Of a DNA stretch of 64,000 nt, positions 28,153-38,071 are shown piece by piece. Location of the stretch: IMG/VR virus record IMGVR_UViG_3300032893_000004, positions 64,001-128,000 of that record; one strand, given 5' to 3'. The DNA is from a virus. The notes beneath the pieces are model-generated. The model saw only the letters and a program-made list of their open reading frames with translations, had not been told where the DNA came from and made no database searches. The position numbers and the translations under genes are program-made. Numbering within the stretch: the stretch's first letter is position 1; each line of letters begins with the position of its first letter.

Positions 28153-29220
28153 TTACACGTTAGTGCTGAAAAAATTATTCCCGAACATGACCTTCAGATG
28201 CTTGATAATTTCCTTGTACCGCGCTTCCAGAGTGTTCCTCTTATCCTGAAGCAATTCGATCATTCTGTCTTGGATGGACTGACTCAAACTATCGACGGAC
28301 ATCGACTGAGATACTGTCCGAAACAAGGGAAGGAGAAGGTCTATCGCATACATAGCTGCAGCCGAACCGATCGCTTCGTTCACGATCACTGGCAACTGGC
28401 CGTCTTCGGTCATCATACCTGTTTCAACTTCGACCGTCCAGTAGGCCGGTACCCAGCCTTGCTGACCAATGAACTGAAGAATAGTCGCACCAGCCGCGCC
28501 GGTCGCCTGGGCCGTTCCGAGGGCCGTGAAAGCCGGCGTGAGCGGGTTGACGTTCAGGTAGCCTCGAACGGCGTTGCCCATCTCGATCCACTGCTCCGGG
28601 ATACGATAGATCTCACCGCCGGACGGGAATTCCTTTCGACCGTTTCTAGGTGTTCCCAAGAATTCGCCGGGATCGGCGTTACGTTCGCCGCCGACGATGT
28701 CGTACGGATCATCGCCGAAATCGAGGTAACTAGACGAACAGATAGCCATCCGTAGTACGCGGCGGATCGGCTTAAACGGCACCTCAAGGAAGATGTGCTG
28801 GTTGTACAGGTTCGGATCGAACGGCAACCGGTGACGCCGCGCCGTCAAGTTCACCGAAGTCTTCGCATCGATCTCGAAGCGGGCTATGCCGCGCTTGATA
28901 AAATCCTCTAAGTCGCGCTCGGTAAGCTTTTCTTTGGTCAGAGGAGAAGCTAAAGGGATTCCGAACAGGAATCGACGTTGCATCGTCTTGCCGTCCAGAA
29001 CTGGCTCCAAGCTGTCGTATATACCCGAACCAGCATATGCTCTTTCCGGGAAAACAGCGCCGGTCGGCTTCTTCGAATACTTGAAGTCTAAAGGTCCCTG
29101 CGGGGTATTTCGCTTCTGATTCGGCGGAAAATCCGGACCAGGTTCGTTCCTGGCTACTTCGCCCTGCGGATTGATGTGCGTACCGTCGTTCCGAGGCCTG
29201 TTATCGTCGTGATCGTGCAT
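28153..29220 (-). CDS. Head-tail adaptor/neck protein
   Basis: FLFGIPL, PAYWTVEVETG, P.IVNEAIG..AA and SQSMSVDSLSQS resemble SPO1/Twort-like adaptors. Confidence 0.6.
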   Translation of the reverse strand: MHDHDDNRPRNDGTHINPQGEVARNEPGPDFPPNQKRNTPQGPLDFKYSKKPTGAVFPERAYAGSGIYDSLEPVLDGKTMQRRFLFGIPLASPLTKEKLTERDLEDFIKRGIARFEIDAKTSVNLTARRHRLPFDPNLYNQHIFLEVPFKPIRRVLRMAICSSSYLDFGDDPYDIVGGERNADPGEFLGTPRNGRKEFPSGGEIYRIPEQWIEMGNAVRGYLNVNPLTPAFTALGTAQATGAAGATILQFIGQQGWVPAYWTVEVETGMMTEDGQLPVIVNEAIGSAAAMYAIDLLLPLFRTVSQSMSVDSLSQSIQDRMIELLQDKRNTLEARYKEIIKHLKVMFGNNFFSTNV

Positions 29221-29232
29221 TTTGTCTCCGAT

Positions 29233-29634
29233 TTAACCGTAGAAGCGACTTGAACCGGCGCTGCGAGCTATCAAACGTCCGTCCAAGGTCAATGTTTGCA
29301 TCGTACCGCCGTCGTAGAGGAGAGCTTTCATGGCACCCATGACTATATCGTTCTGGGTAAGCTGTACCATCCAGATCGACCGATCATCATTGGGGAAGGC
29401 CATGGTAGCCGGTCGGCGGATGAAGTTGGCGCAATCCAGGCTGTCGAATATGACAGTTACCTGCGCAGTAGTGCTCGGAATGTACCTCTGGAATTTATGA
29501 CAGTTACCGGAAAGCTCCGAAGTCAGCCTGAAGTAGACAGTCTGAGCGTTGCCGTTTACGTGTTCGAACTGCTCAACCTCGTAGAAGTTGTTGACATCGT
29601 TCACGTTTTCCAAGAGTCTGATTACATTCTTCAT
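29233..29634 (-). CDS. Virion-associated hypothetical protein
   Basis: ATG at 29634 with a GGAGGA RBS, downstream of the CCTAATCTT motif. Confidence 0.55.
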   Translation of the reverse strand: MKNVIRLLENVNDVNNFYEVEQFEHVNGNAQTVYFRLTSELSGNCHKFQRYIPSTTAQVTVIFDSLDCANFIRRPATMAFPNDDRSIWMVQLTQNDIVMGAMKALLYDGGTMQTLTLDGRLIARSAGSSRFYG

Positions 29635-29666
29635 TGCACGGAATCCTCCGACGGATTTGTACACTG

Positions 29667-29677
29667 AAGATTAGGCT
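29667..29677 (-). promoter_or_regulatory. AGCCTAATCTT motif (putative late promoter) at the start of the neck operon
   Basis: Sits where the accessory block switches to virion genes. Confidence 0.65.
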
Positions 29678-29685
29678 CTTGAATC

Positions 29686-30369
29686 CTATCTCTTCTTACG
29701 TCTTTTCGCGGACTTAGCCATCTCGTGCATCGTTCGCTGCTGCTCGAACGACGGAGCGTTGCCGATGTACATGACTGGAGGGTGATGCTGCGGTCGCGGG
29801 ATGCCGACGTGATCGATGAGACCCCAACGCTTTGCGGCACCAGCTTTGAGAGTCCAGTCGACGTTCTTTTTCTTGTGAATCTCTCTCTCGAATTCCTCGG
29901 ACGATCGACCGCAGTCGGAAGCCAGGTTCTTGAACATCGTCTTGTTCAGGTCTGCTGTGACCTTGGCGTACTCCACTATGTCGGAAGCCTTGCCGGGGGC
30001 CACTCCAGATACCTGATGAAGCAAGATCTGCGTGTCAGGTGCCGCGAATCGGTATCCTTTGGTTCCGGCTGCCAGCAGAGACGCTCCGCACGACATCGCC
30101 ATACCTACCGCGATGGTCGCAACCGGCTTCGGAGAAGACTTTATCAGATCTCGCAAGGCGAGAAGAGCATGAACGTCGCCTCCGTAGCTGTTGATAAAAA
30201 CCGGAATTATCTGGACCTCTTCGTCTCGCTCCAGCTGGATAAACTTATCGTAGAAGCGAATGACCGCTTCCGAGTCAAAGTCTGTAACCCACACCGCCTT
30301 GGTGTCATTCATCCCAGCGAGCAGACCTAGCATCCCGAGGTCGGGGCCAGACGATTCCGTTTTATTCAT
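29686..30369 (-). CDS. clpP: ClpP-like protease proteolytic subunit
   Basis: FINSYGGDV, AMSCGASLLAAGTKGYRF (Ser), LLHQ (His), DW (Asp), GLIDHV. Confidence 0.9.
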   Translation of the reverse strand: MNKTESSGPDLGMLGLLAGMNDTKAVWVTDFDSEAVIRFYDKFIQLERDEEVQIIPVFINSYGGDVHALLALRDLIKSSPKPVATIAVGMAMSCGASLLAAGTKGYRFAAPDTQILLHQVSGVAPGKASDIVEYAKVTADLNKTMFKNLASDCGRSSEEFEREIHKKKNVDWTLKAGAAKRWGLIDHVGIPRPQHHPPVMYIGNAPSFEQQRTMHEMAKSAKRRKKR

Positions 30370-30706
30370 CGCGACCTTCTTCCACGTTGATGCGTTTGGA
30401 TTCTTCGTTCAACGACTTGGTGGACACTATCAGTTTTTCTACTCCGTTCCGATCGAAGCGAGTCGGCCCCTCTACCATGAATGGAGTGATGTAAGGCGGA
30501 GTCTCAGATCCGAGGAAGAGAGATTCCACGTAACCCACGCCGGATAGGAAACACTTCCATGCCGGACCTTCGACCAAGACGAACGATCCTACCAGCTGAC
30601 CGTCTTCCGTTTCGATCGGAAACACTTCGTTAGCCGGCGACCATCTCCCCTCGAAAGCGACGGTGAACCGATAGATACGTGCGTGTTCATTTTTGACCGT
30701 TTTCAT
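30362..30706 (-). CDS. Hypothetical protein
   Basis: Likely start MKTVKNE after a GAGG RBS. Confidence 0.45.
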   Translation of the reverse strand: MKTVKNEHARIYRFTVAFEGRWSPANEVFPIETEDGQLVGSFVLVEGPAWKCFLSGVGYVESLFLGSETPPYITPFMVEGPTRFDRNGVEKLIVSTKSLNEESKRINVEEGRDE

Positions 30707-30944
30707 TGTCTTTCCTCTTTGGATTTCCATTCTTGTCGATTCCGTACTTTTCGCATACCTGCTCGATGCCTTCGGCGCAGGCGAACCACGCAAGGCTCAT
30801 CAGTCCGGTAGCGGCCAGAATGCCTACCGGAATTTCGACTTGTGCATTCACCGATGCGATGATCAGAAGTAAGTTGATTCCAACGAATCCGCCGATAGCG
30901 TATTCGCCGATCTTAAAGACCTTCAACCACGTCTTTGGTGCCAA
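30687..30944 (-). CDS. Small two-TM membrane protein
   Basis: Two hydrophobic segments and a charged C-terminus. Confidence 0.5.
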   Translation of the reverse strand: MAPKTWLKVFKIGEYAIGGFVGINLLLIIASVNAQVEIPVGILAATGLMSLAWFACAEGIEQVCEKYGIDKNGNPKRKDNENGQK

Positions 30945-31461
30945 ACTTTCTCCTATACTTGGCTCGAAGCTCTCTCTGCTTTGCTCGAAGCGCGCCGACG
31001 CCGGGATAGTTTCCCTTCTTATAGTAATGCCTGTAGCACCAGATGTCCAGAGCTTTGTCGGCTGCCACCTTGTACTTCGGCAGCTTGATTCCCACCTCGT
31101 GCATGATCTTCGGTCTATACTTCGTATCGTTCTTCTCCGAGAGGTAGATCAGCTTGCGCTGAGCCTTAGGAGGCGGTTCTTCGGCTGAAGACTCGTTGTC
31201 CGCTATGATTGCCGCGTCGACCGCCTCATCTTTCTTTCTCTGGGCATAAATCCACGCCATGTGGTGGGCTAGTTCGTGAACAATGTTGAGGATTATCGTA
31301 GTCTTAGACTGTGACGGCCAGGTAAATACTTCGATCACCGATCCGTCCATGTCCCACGTCGCTCCGGGATCACCGCGACGGTGCCGCTTCCACTCCACGC
31401 GGAGCCCGAGGCCTTCGGCATACTTCACGAGCCGTTCGATTTCTCTGTCTCGGATGTGCAT
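30913..31461 (-). CDS. ImmA/IrrE-like zinc metallopeptidase
   Basis: IVHELAHH (HExxH) in a small protein. Confidence 0.55.
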   Translation of the reverse strand: MHIRDREIERLVKYAEGLGLRVEWKRHRRGDPGATWDMDGSVIEVFTWPSQSKTTIILNIVHELAHHMAWIYAQRKKDEAVDAAIIADNESSAEEPPPKAQRKLIYLSEKNDTKYRPKIMHEVGIKLPKYKVAADKALDIWCYRHYYKKGNYPGVGALRAKQRELRAKYRRKFGTKDVVEGL

Positions 31462-31516
31462 ATGGTCCCATCTTAGCGGAAAACGGGCCGGAAATCCAGC
31501 CCGCCGAACTATCTGA

Positions 31517-31816
31517 TTACACTAACTTTGCAGCCTTAGGCGCTTCGAGTTGCTGCTTCGTAGGAACGGTCCAGCCAGGAGCCGCCGAGTGAATCTTCTG
31601 CAGCCACACTTTCCCGGCGATGCATTCCGTCGCCAGATTCATCGCGCCTACCAATCCTTGGGCGTTACCGGGAAACGGGGCGTGTTCTACGACGCCGCCC
31701 TTCTCCATGACGATGAAGACTCGGTATGACAGGTTAGGGTCCTGGATCACCTGCACCAGCTCGTGGTTGACGATCAACTTTCCTTCGACGAACTGGGCGT
31801 AAGTTTGGCGCTTCAT
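31517..31816 (-). CDS. Hypothetical protein
   Basis: Coupled to the DUF932 gene (ATGA overlap). Confidence 0.5.
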   Translation of the reverse strand: MKRQTYAQFVEGKLIVNHELVQVIQDPNLSYRVFIVMEKGGVVEHAPFPGNAQGLVGAMNLATECIAGKVWLQKIHSAAPGWTVPTKQQLEAPKAAKLV

Positions 31817-32778
31817 ACTGAACCGCCCGCTGCCATCTTCACGGCAACCGACATCGCTCGTGCGTTCGTCTGCTTGTTGGTACCGAACCAGAGACTATCC
31901 AGACGCGAGTCGGCGTTATCCTTCGCCTCGTGAGTCAGATACTGCGTGACCCCGTTATAGAGAGCCCACATCGTTCCGTTGACTCCAGGCATGCTGTTGC
32001 CGTAGCCCGTTTCGAACAAGCGAGTGATGTCGCTCGTGATCGAATCCAGACGAGTCTGCTGGCGCTCTGTGATAGCGTCTTCAGACACTTGTGGGTAGAA
32101 CACGAGATGAACGTACTTCTTGAGATCGCGCATGGATACGCCAGCGCGAGCCATCGCCTTGAAAGCTTCGCCTGTGGCTTCGAACTGCTGGTTGGCAGTG
32201 TTGACCATCTCCTGAACCTTTTCTAGAGCGATCTCAACCTTAGAGGTATGGCGAACCCGCAGAAGCGAAGAATCAGTCGCCGATATCGCAGCTGCCAGGG
32301 TATTGGCGCACACGACTCGGATCGGGCTGAAGCCGACCTGGACCGAAGCTGCTCCGTCGTGACGATTCGTCAGGAGGAGATACTTGCGAACTTCGTCGCC
32401 TTTGACGACTTCGATCGGGTTGCGGTTCATCTGCGCGAGGACCCAGATCTTACGACCGCCGTCGAGGGAACCGGCCGTTTCGAGGGTGATCTCGCCCGAC
32501 TTGATGAACGGTTCGAAGAACTCGAACGCCTTGTCGTTCTGAAGAGCGTGGTACTTGGAACCTACTTCTCCGAGGATCGCGTTGTCCGATTCGCGGATCA
32601 CGGCTCGGGCTCCGACTTTACGGCCGTCGGCCAAGAACAGTGGTTTCAGTCCGACTTTCCAGTCGAGACCGGCCAGCTTGATACCCTCTTCGATCGAAGG
32701 TGCATTCTGGATGATCTTGCCCAGCTGATGCCAAGGGATTTCTTTGACCGAGAACATATTTTCGACTTGGTGGCTCAA
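31813..32778 (-). CDS. DUF932 family phage protein
   Basis: PWHQLG, AGLDW.V, YHALQN..AF.FF, ETAGSLDGGRKIW, IRVVCANTL, GTMWALYNGVTQY; TTG start. Confidence 0.85.
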   Translation of the reverse strand: MSHQVENMFSVKEIPWHQLGKIIQNAPSIEEGIKLAGLDWKVGLKPLFLADGRKVGARAVIRESDNAILGEVGSKYHALQNDKAFEFFEPFIKSGEITLETAGSLDGGRKIWVLAQMNRNPIEVVKGDEVRKYLLLTNRHDGAASVQVGFSPIRVVCANTLAAAISATDSSLLRVRHTSKVEIALEKVQEMVNTANQQFEATGEAFKAMARAGVSMRDLKKYVHLVFYPQVSEDAITERQQTRLDSITSDITRLFETGYGNSMPGVNGTMWALYNGVTQYLTHEAKDNADSRLDSLWFGTNKQTNARAMSVAVKMAAGGSV

Positions 32779-32890
32779 TTGATACTCCTTTGAAAGTATT
32801 TGTGCGAAGACAATACCAGGATATCAAGGTCCGGTGCGGAAGGCAATACGCTAAAATGAGATTCTCACGAAATGTAGAATCTGCCTTATT

Positions 32891-33469
32891 TCATAAGGTT
32901 AGAAACCTCTCGTAGACTCGGAACATCGTGTTGACGTCTCCTTTTGCAGTATGCCAGTCTGAATCTGGGACAGAAATGTTCAGCGCCTTCGCCAGATTTT
33001 TCAAACTGATACTGGCGTTACGCGGCAGAAGCCCCTTATCTTTTAAGAACCCAGCCACAACGGCCGTATCGCGAGTGTGGTAATCCGTGAACAGTCGCAG
33101 GATCTTCTCTTTCAGCAAGTGGTTGATCACGAAGTCTTTGTCGAACGGTTCGTTCTGGCCAATACGGATGAGTTTGTTGCGACCATCCTCGGACTCTTCC
33201 TTCAGAAAATAATACACCTTTTCCGCCGCTGCGTCGATCGTGATCGCTTCTTTGTCGTGCTTGACGAGATCTATCTTGTTAATCGCCAGCGCACCAGCGG
33301 TGACATTGTAGCATTCATCTTCGTTAGGCTTAATCTTAAGATCCAAGTCTCGAAGGATTCGGAATTTGCCAAATTCAAGCACGGCCGTGGCCATGTAGAG
33401 CGTCAGCAGACTATGCTGGCGAGCGTACAGTCCACCGGTCTCCGCATCGTATCCGAGGTACTTGTCCAT
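32891..33469 (-). CDS. DEDDh 3'-5' exonuclease (DnaQ-like)
   Basis: YDAETGG, GQNEPFD, WHTAKGD. Confidence 0.85.
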   Translation of the reverse strand: MDKYLGYDAETGGLYARQHSLLTLYMATAVLEFGKFRILRDLDLKIKPNEDECYNVTAGALAINKIDLVKHDKEAITIDAAAEKVYYFLKEESEDGRNKLIRIGQNEPFDKDFVINHLLKEKILRLFTDYHTRDTAVVAGFLKDKGLLPRNASISLKNLAKALNISVPDSDWHTAKGDVNTMFRVYERFLTL

Positions 33470-34698
33470 TATTCTTCCGCTCTGATGCGAAGGCCTACCG
33501 GGAATCTCGGGACTCCAGCTGCCCCAGTGAATCCCTGATACTGCACAGTAAGTTTCTTTCCGGCCCAGAGAGTTGGGTTATCGAAATATTCTTTGAGTCC
33601 GCTAAGCGAGCCAGACATCTTTGCAAGGAACTCTTTCCCATCGCTCGTCCGGCACACAAAAGCGCCGACGTGTCCTTGAAGGCGGCCGCGACCTTCCTCA
33701 ACTCCGACGATGTCAAACTCCGCGTCTTCGAATTCTTTGACCTTTTGGAGCCCGTAGGATCGCTTGTTTTGCTCATATAGACCGTCTCCGTTGCGCAGCA
33801 TGGCGCCCTCGAAACCCTGGTTGCGGACACCCACGAAGAACTCAGAAACTTGTTCCTCGTTTTCGACCATTCCGGTCTGCACGGGTTGCAGGTAAGAAGA
33901 CATGCATGTCGCCAGAGCTGCGGTAAGATCGTCATTGCGATCCGCGAAGATTTTGTCAGATACCATATCGTAGATATGATATTCGACGTTCTCGTATCCT
34001 TCAGCCGGCTCTTCCTGGCGAACCAAGGAAACGATCTCTTCGAAATTCGTGCGAAACTTATGGTTATACAATTCGCCGTCGAGAATGATGTCGGTGAACG
34101 ATTCTTCCAGAGCAGCGACGATGTGCGGCAGCGATGTGATTGGCTTGCGAGTCCGAGACCACAGCGTGGCCTTACCGTTGGAAACGATCGCGATGCAGCG
34201 GATACCGTCGAACTTAGGCTGGATGTACGCCGGCCATTTTATCTTCTTGCCGTGCTTAGCGAATGATTGGGCGAGCATCGGGAATAGCCCGCCCGTCACA
34301 AGCTCCGCGTCAACTTCTTGATCGCGAGCAGCCTGTTCGCTCTCGACGTATCCTTTTTTCTTCTGCTTCTTCCACTTCGCTTCGGCTTCTTTTTCAGCCT
34401 GCTGGTAAGCAGTCGTGGCATTCTTCTTGCCGGGATTCTTGCCTTCACGTATCACATCGACCGTTCGCTGCGGAGACGCCGTGCCGAGTTGGCCGTACAT
34501 CGTGACAACTTCGCCGGTGACCAGAAACGTTCCGACTTCGGTCTCGGACGGTACGTCTTTCTGCTGAGCAAAGACGTCCCAGTACTGGATCGCTCCGGTG
34601 TTGGTCTTCTTGTAAAGTCTCGGGAAGGTTTTGACGATCAGCTTCGTAGGGGTCGATGCGTAGCTTAGCGGATCGAGGCCTGCGGTGGACAGATTCAT
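33469..34698 (-). CDS. ATP-dependent DNA ligase
   Basis: PMLA, QPKFDGIRC (KxDG), LDGELY, EGAMLR, KVK, OB-fold ending in RFPV; WGR-like N-terminus. Confidence 0.92.
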   Translation of the reverse strand: MNLSTAGLDPLSYASTPTKLIVKTFPRLYKKTNTGAIQYWDVFAQQKDVPSETEVGTFLVTGEVVTMYGQLGTASPQRTVDVIREGKNPGKKNATTAYQQAEKEAEAKWKKQKKKGYVESEQAARDQEVDAELVTGGLFPMLAQSFAKHGKKIKWPAYIQPKFDGIRCIAIVSNGKATLWSRTRKPITSLPHIVAALEESFTDIILDGELYNHKFRTNFEEIVSLVRQEEPAEGYENVEYHIYDMVSDKIFADRNDDLTAALATCMSSYLQPVQTGMVENEEQVSEFFVGVRNQGFEGAMLRNGDGLYEQNKRSYGLQKVKEFEDAEFDIVGVEEGRGRLQGHVGAFVCRTSDGKEFLAKMSGSLSGLKEYFDNPTLWAGKKLTVQYQGFTGAAGVPRFPVGLRIRAEE

Positions 34699-34721
34699 AC
34701 ATTTCCTCTCGTGTTATGGAA

Positions 34722-35207
34722 CTACTGCTCTTGTTTACTCTTCAGCCAAAAATCGTAGTCGGCAGATATCTGATTTTGCAAAGACTTTGCATCTTCGTCG
34801 GTCTTTGGCATCGTTTTCGTGTAGATCAGAACTGGTACGTATCCTGACGCGAACATACACTCGATGTCCTTAGCCTTGCACACGCTTAAGCCCAGGTAAG
34901 TCTTGATCACGAGCGTTTGCTCGCTCTGAACACAGAATGCTCCTCTAGAGTTCAACTGGATCGGGGCTAAACGATCGTCTCGGAGAGCGGCGGCGGAACA
35001 GCCAGCTATGATCGCTTCTGATTCCACGTGTCTGACACTAGCATCGAGCAGCACGTCTTCGAGCTTATACCGCGTCGCTGCGCCAGGCGCGGCGGGCGTC
35101 TGGCGAAAAGTCATGTCCATATAGATGCTCGCTATCACAGCTCCCAAGACGACTGCAATGGAACCCAGGATCACCGTACCTTCAGTTATTTTAGATATTT
35201 TAGACAT
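34722..35207 (-). CDS. Membrane-anchored hypothetical protein
   Basis: N-terminal TM segment and four Cys in the soluble part. Confidence 0.5.
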   Translation of the reverse strand: MSKISKITEGTVILGSIAVVLGAVIASIYMDMTFRQTPAAPGAATRYKLEDVLLDASVRHVESEAIIAGCSAAALRDDRLAPIQLNSRGAFCVQSEQTLVIKTYLGLSVCKAKDIECMFASGYVPVLIYTKTMPKTDEDAKSLQNQISADYDFWLKSKQEQ

Positions 35208-35236
35208 TCTGCCTCCGTAGAGGAGAAGATACCAGC

Positions 35237-35563
35237 TTAGTTGTCTGAACGCAAGGGCAAAACGTTGGCCGGTGATGATGTCTTGATATCATCGGTCAAG
35301 ACGCCTAGCTTGCGTAGTTCTTGCCGCTCGAACTGTACGTGCCGGCCGATGTAGTTGATCTTTCGCACCATAGCTTCGCGTTCCGTCTGGGCAACGAATC
35401 GGTCCGAATCGAGTCCTAGAAGATGACGCAGACCGGTCCGGATTCTCGGGATCAGCGTTGCTCGATTGCGATAGATGTACACGGCAGTTGCCACTTCGAT
35501 GACCATCCAGCAGGCGATAACGATAACGGCGATTTGAAAAAGGGTGTTCATAGATTCCTCCAT
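35237..35563 (-). CDS. Membrane-anchored hypothetical protein
   Basis: N-terminal TM segment; start at 35563 or 35551. Confidence 0.5.
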   Translation of the reverse strand: MEESMNTLFQIAVIVIACWMVIEVATAVYIYRNRATLIPRIRTGLRHLLGLDSDRFVAQTEREAMVRKINYIGRHVQFERQELRKLGVLTDDIKTSSPANVLPLRSDN

Positions 35564-35570
35564 TTGAATC

Positions 35571-35599
35571 AGTATATCGAACTCTTAGACAGGTGTCAA
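35571..35599 (-). promoter_or_regulatory. Near-consensus sigma-70 promoter
   Basis: TTGACA (35599-35594), 17-nt spacer, TATACT (35576-35571). Confidence 0.7.
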
Positions 35600-36105
35600 A
35601 TATTGTCGGAAAGCGACTTGAGATGAGACGTGATGACTCGGTTTCTGAACCGTTTCAAGGTCTCTTCGTCGTGCGAGAACGGAACGCAGCCTTCGAACCG
35701 ACGATACGAGATCGCTAGATCGAACGTGTGTTCCAGCGCGAGACGACGGGCGTTGATGTCAGCGTACATCCGACCGCTGAATGTGTCCCGAACGCCGTAC
35801 TCCAACTTCGGAAGGCGAGTTGAGGCAGCTTCGATTCTCATGATCATTTCGAACGTGTTGGTGACCGTCGAGCACGAGTGCTGTTCGATCAAGTCTTCCA
35901 AGATATGGTTCATGTAGAACAGATAGGCGTTCGCCGTCCGGTCGTTCATGCGCTTGGACGCGAAGATCGCGTATGGCGATAAGCGATCAAGGACGTGAGA
36001 CGTCAATCCTCGATATCCGCTATCGATTCTCGGCTGCAGAACAACTTCTTGATCAAGCACTTTTGCCCCTGACGATAGAGTTTTCGGCCGCTTTTTGGAA
36101 CACAT
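35596..36105 (-). CDS. Hypothetical protein
   Basis: ORF in the minus-strand accessory operon; start uncertain. Confidence 0.45.
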   Translation of the reverse strand: MCSKKRPKTLSSGAKVLDQEVVLQPRIDSGYRGLTSHVLDRLSPYAIFASKRMNDRTANAYLFYMNHILEDLIEQHSCSTVTNTFEMIMRIEAASTRLPKLEYGVRDTFSGRMYADINARRLALEHTFDLAISYRRFEGCVPFSHDEETLKRFRNRVITSHLKSLSDNI

Positions 36106-36286
36106 CGAAGAATATCTCGTAGTCAGCGATCACGAATGCCAGTATAGCACCCAACTCTTCCTTCGTCAACTTGTCGGCCGCTGCCGCAAAAAGCTGCCCG
36201 AATTCGCTGTCTTCGCGTAGCTTGTTGTCGATCAGCTTGCACATCTCGTCGGTCAATCGCTGAACTGCGTCTTCTTGGGAAATCAT
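36053..36286 (-). CDS. Hypothetical helical protein
   Basis: Coupled to the CYTH gene (ATGA overlap). Confidence 0.5.
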   Translation of the reverse strand: MISQEDAVQRLTDEMCKLIDNKLREDSEFGQLFAAAADKLTKEELGAILAFVIADYEIFFDVFQKAAENSIVRGKSA

Positions 36287-36873
36287 GATTTACTGACCCT
36301 ATAGCGTTTGCCGGAGTAGATCTCGTAGAGAGAATCGTTGATGATGTCGGAGTCGGTCAGCCCGAACGATTCGTTCAGAAATTTCTTCCACTTGTTGAGC
36401 ATATCTATCGACACCTTGATGGGTGCCTCGTGGATCTCCACTTCGATCAGATCCATGCGCCGGTCGCCGTCGCACGAAGCTCTGTACCACACGATGTCGA
36501 CCACGAAGTCCCCGTCCTGGACGAAGTAGATGTCGCAGTCCTTGTAGATCGGCAGGATCTTGTTGAAACCTAACTCCGACATCATCTCCCGGATCAGCAT
36601 AGGAGAAACCGACGGTGGAAGGGTTACGTTGACCTCTTTTCGGACCGTAGTGGAACGCTTCGAGGTGCGCGCCTTGACGGTCAGCTCGTTGGTCTTCGAA
36701 CCGTGACGGTGGCGGAGAACGAACGGACCGTTGATGTGGTAGTAGTCGAAGCCGGCTATCGTGACCAGCTTCCACTTCTTTCCGCGCAGGTGGCGACGCA
36801 GCGCGAGGTTGAAGTCAGATCGCTTCACCCTCTGCGCGTTCCACTTGATCTCGATTTCTTTCCACTTGGCCAT
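36283..36873 (-). CDS. CYTH-domain (triphosphate tunnel metalloenzyme) protein
   Basis: EIEIK (ExExK), LRHR, ELTVK, RKEVNV, IYK, IEVE. Confidence 0.75.
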   Translation of the reverse strand: MAKWKEIEIKWNAQRVKRSDFNLALRRHLRGKKWKLVTIAGFDYYHINGPFVLRHRHGSKTNELTVKARTSKRSTTVRKEVNVTLPPSVSPMLIREMMSELGFNKILPIYKDCDIYFVQDGDFVVDIVWYRASCDGDRRMDLIEVEIHEAPIKVSIDMLNKWKKFLNESFGLTDSDIINDSLYEIYSGKRYRVSKS

Positions 36874-36874
36874 T

Positions 36875-37186
36875 CTACTCCTGAGGATTCGTCTGCATTC
36901 CCAAGAACGCGTTGATGACGTCGACCGGTTGGTTCCGGAGTTCCCGGACCGTGCGGCGAAGTACGTTCATGGCGATCGGCATCTCCACGTCGAACAGCTT
37001 CGGGACCGCCTTGCCGGTCTTCGGATCCTTCTCGGTGATCAAGTTGCCCTTGTCGTCTTTCCGATAAAATTGGCGAGTCACGCCTGATCCGACCATGGTA
37101 ATCTCGTCCTTGACGCCCATCGCCTTCAGCTTCTGGGTGATCAGTTTCGATACGCGTTTCTTTTCTTTCTTTGAAATATAGCTCAT
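36875..37186 (-). CDS. Hypothetical basic protein
   Basis: AGGAGG RBS; TATAAT upstream (37204-37209). Confidence 0.6.
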   Translation of the reverse strand: MSYISKKEKKRVSKLITQKLKAMGVKDEITMVGSGVTRQFYRKDDKGNLITEKDPKTGKAVPKLFDVEMPIAMNVLRRTVRELRNQPVDVINAFLGMQTNPQE

Positions 37187-37242
37187 CTGGGCCTCCTGTT
37201 CTCATTATACAACAGAACGCCTGTTTGACTAGCCCTTTATAC

Positions 37243-37271
37243 TTGACTGCTTTGGTGGACTATCGGATAAT
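37243..37271 (+). promoter_or_regulatory. Sigma-70-type promoter, divergent
   Basis: TTGACT, 17-nt spacer, GATAAT, then GGAGG and ATG 37289. Confidence 0.6.
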
Positions 37272-37288
37272 GTGAGTGGAGGGTCTAC

Positions 37289-38071
37289 ATGGCCAACATC
37301 CACAAGTACGTCCAAGCCGCATGGGCTCGCTGTCAGTTCCCAGGTAAAGAACGGTATCGCCTCGCTGTCGACCTGCATGCCTACGGACACGGCGAACATC
37401 GGCTCACTCTCGCGTGGGATGTGCCTAACGCGGATCCTGAGCGTACTCAGCATAAGTGGAAAGACAGATTCGGCAACATATACAGTCGATGGCAGGAACC
37501 TGGCGAACTTATATCAGTGTACCACCAGGCAGCGTTCCCGTACCAAGATTCGTACCCGTCAGGATACTTCGAAAGATTGATCTGCCAGATTCACACCGAA
37601 CTAGCCGTACACGAAGCTCTAGAAACGTTTCTCGTCGACGGCGCACGGCAATGGTACCCGCACCAGAAGGCAGACATCGTGTGCCCGCGCACAGGAAAAT
37701 TTTTACGCAACGACTCATGGCGCAACGTACTCGCATGGGCCGGCGTCAAAGCTGCCATGGATCCACACCCTCCAGGGCTTCCCTCTTGGGCCAAAACGAT
37801 CGTGAAACGGCGTAAGATGATCCTAAAATTGCGCAGCATCCGCGCGACGTGGAAATTCTTTAGAAGTGGCATATTCGAAAAAGACTCCTTTTTGAAGAAA
37901 TGCAGGTTTGTGATCATCTGCCTTAGTCATCTCCATAATAGCCTATTCGGCACATATAACAACTGCTTATGGCACCTGGAAGACTGGCTTCGAGAGAAAG
38001 AAATGGAACGGTTAGTGCGCCGCCTGAAGAAGAGGCAGCTCGAACAAGAAACTAAAAAGGAGGCCGCGTGA
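37289..38071 (+). CDS. Hypothetical protein
   Basis: Promoter, RBS and a 260-aa ORF. Confidence 0.6.
   Translation: MANIHKYVQAAWARCQFPGKERYRLAVDLHAYGHGEHRLTLAWDVPNADPERTQHKWKDRFGNIYSRWQEPGELISVYHQAAFPYQDSYPSGYFERLICQIHTELAVHEALETFLVDGARQWYPHQKADIVCPRTGKFLRNDSWRNVLAWAGVKAAMDPHPPGLPSWAKTIVKRRKMILKLRSIRATWKFFRSGIFEKDSFLKKCRFVIICLSHLHNSLFGTYNNCLWHLEDWLREKEMERLVRRLKKRQLEQETKKEAA

Noticed and set aside
32859-32882. Imperfect palindrome AGATTCT...AGAATCT as a terminator or operator
   Set aside because: Single occurrence, weak stem and no U-tract; not enough support.
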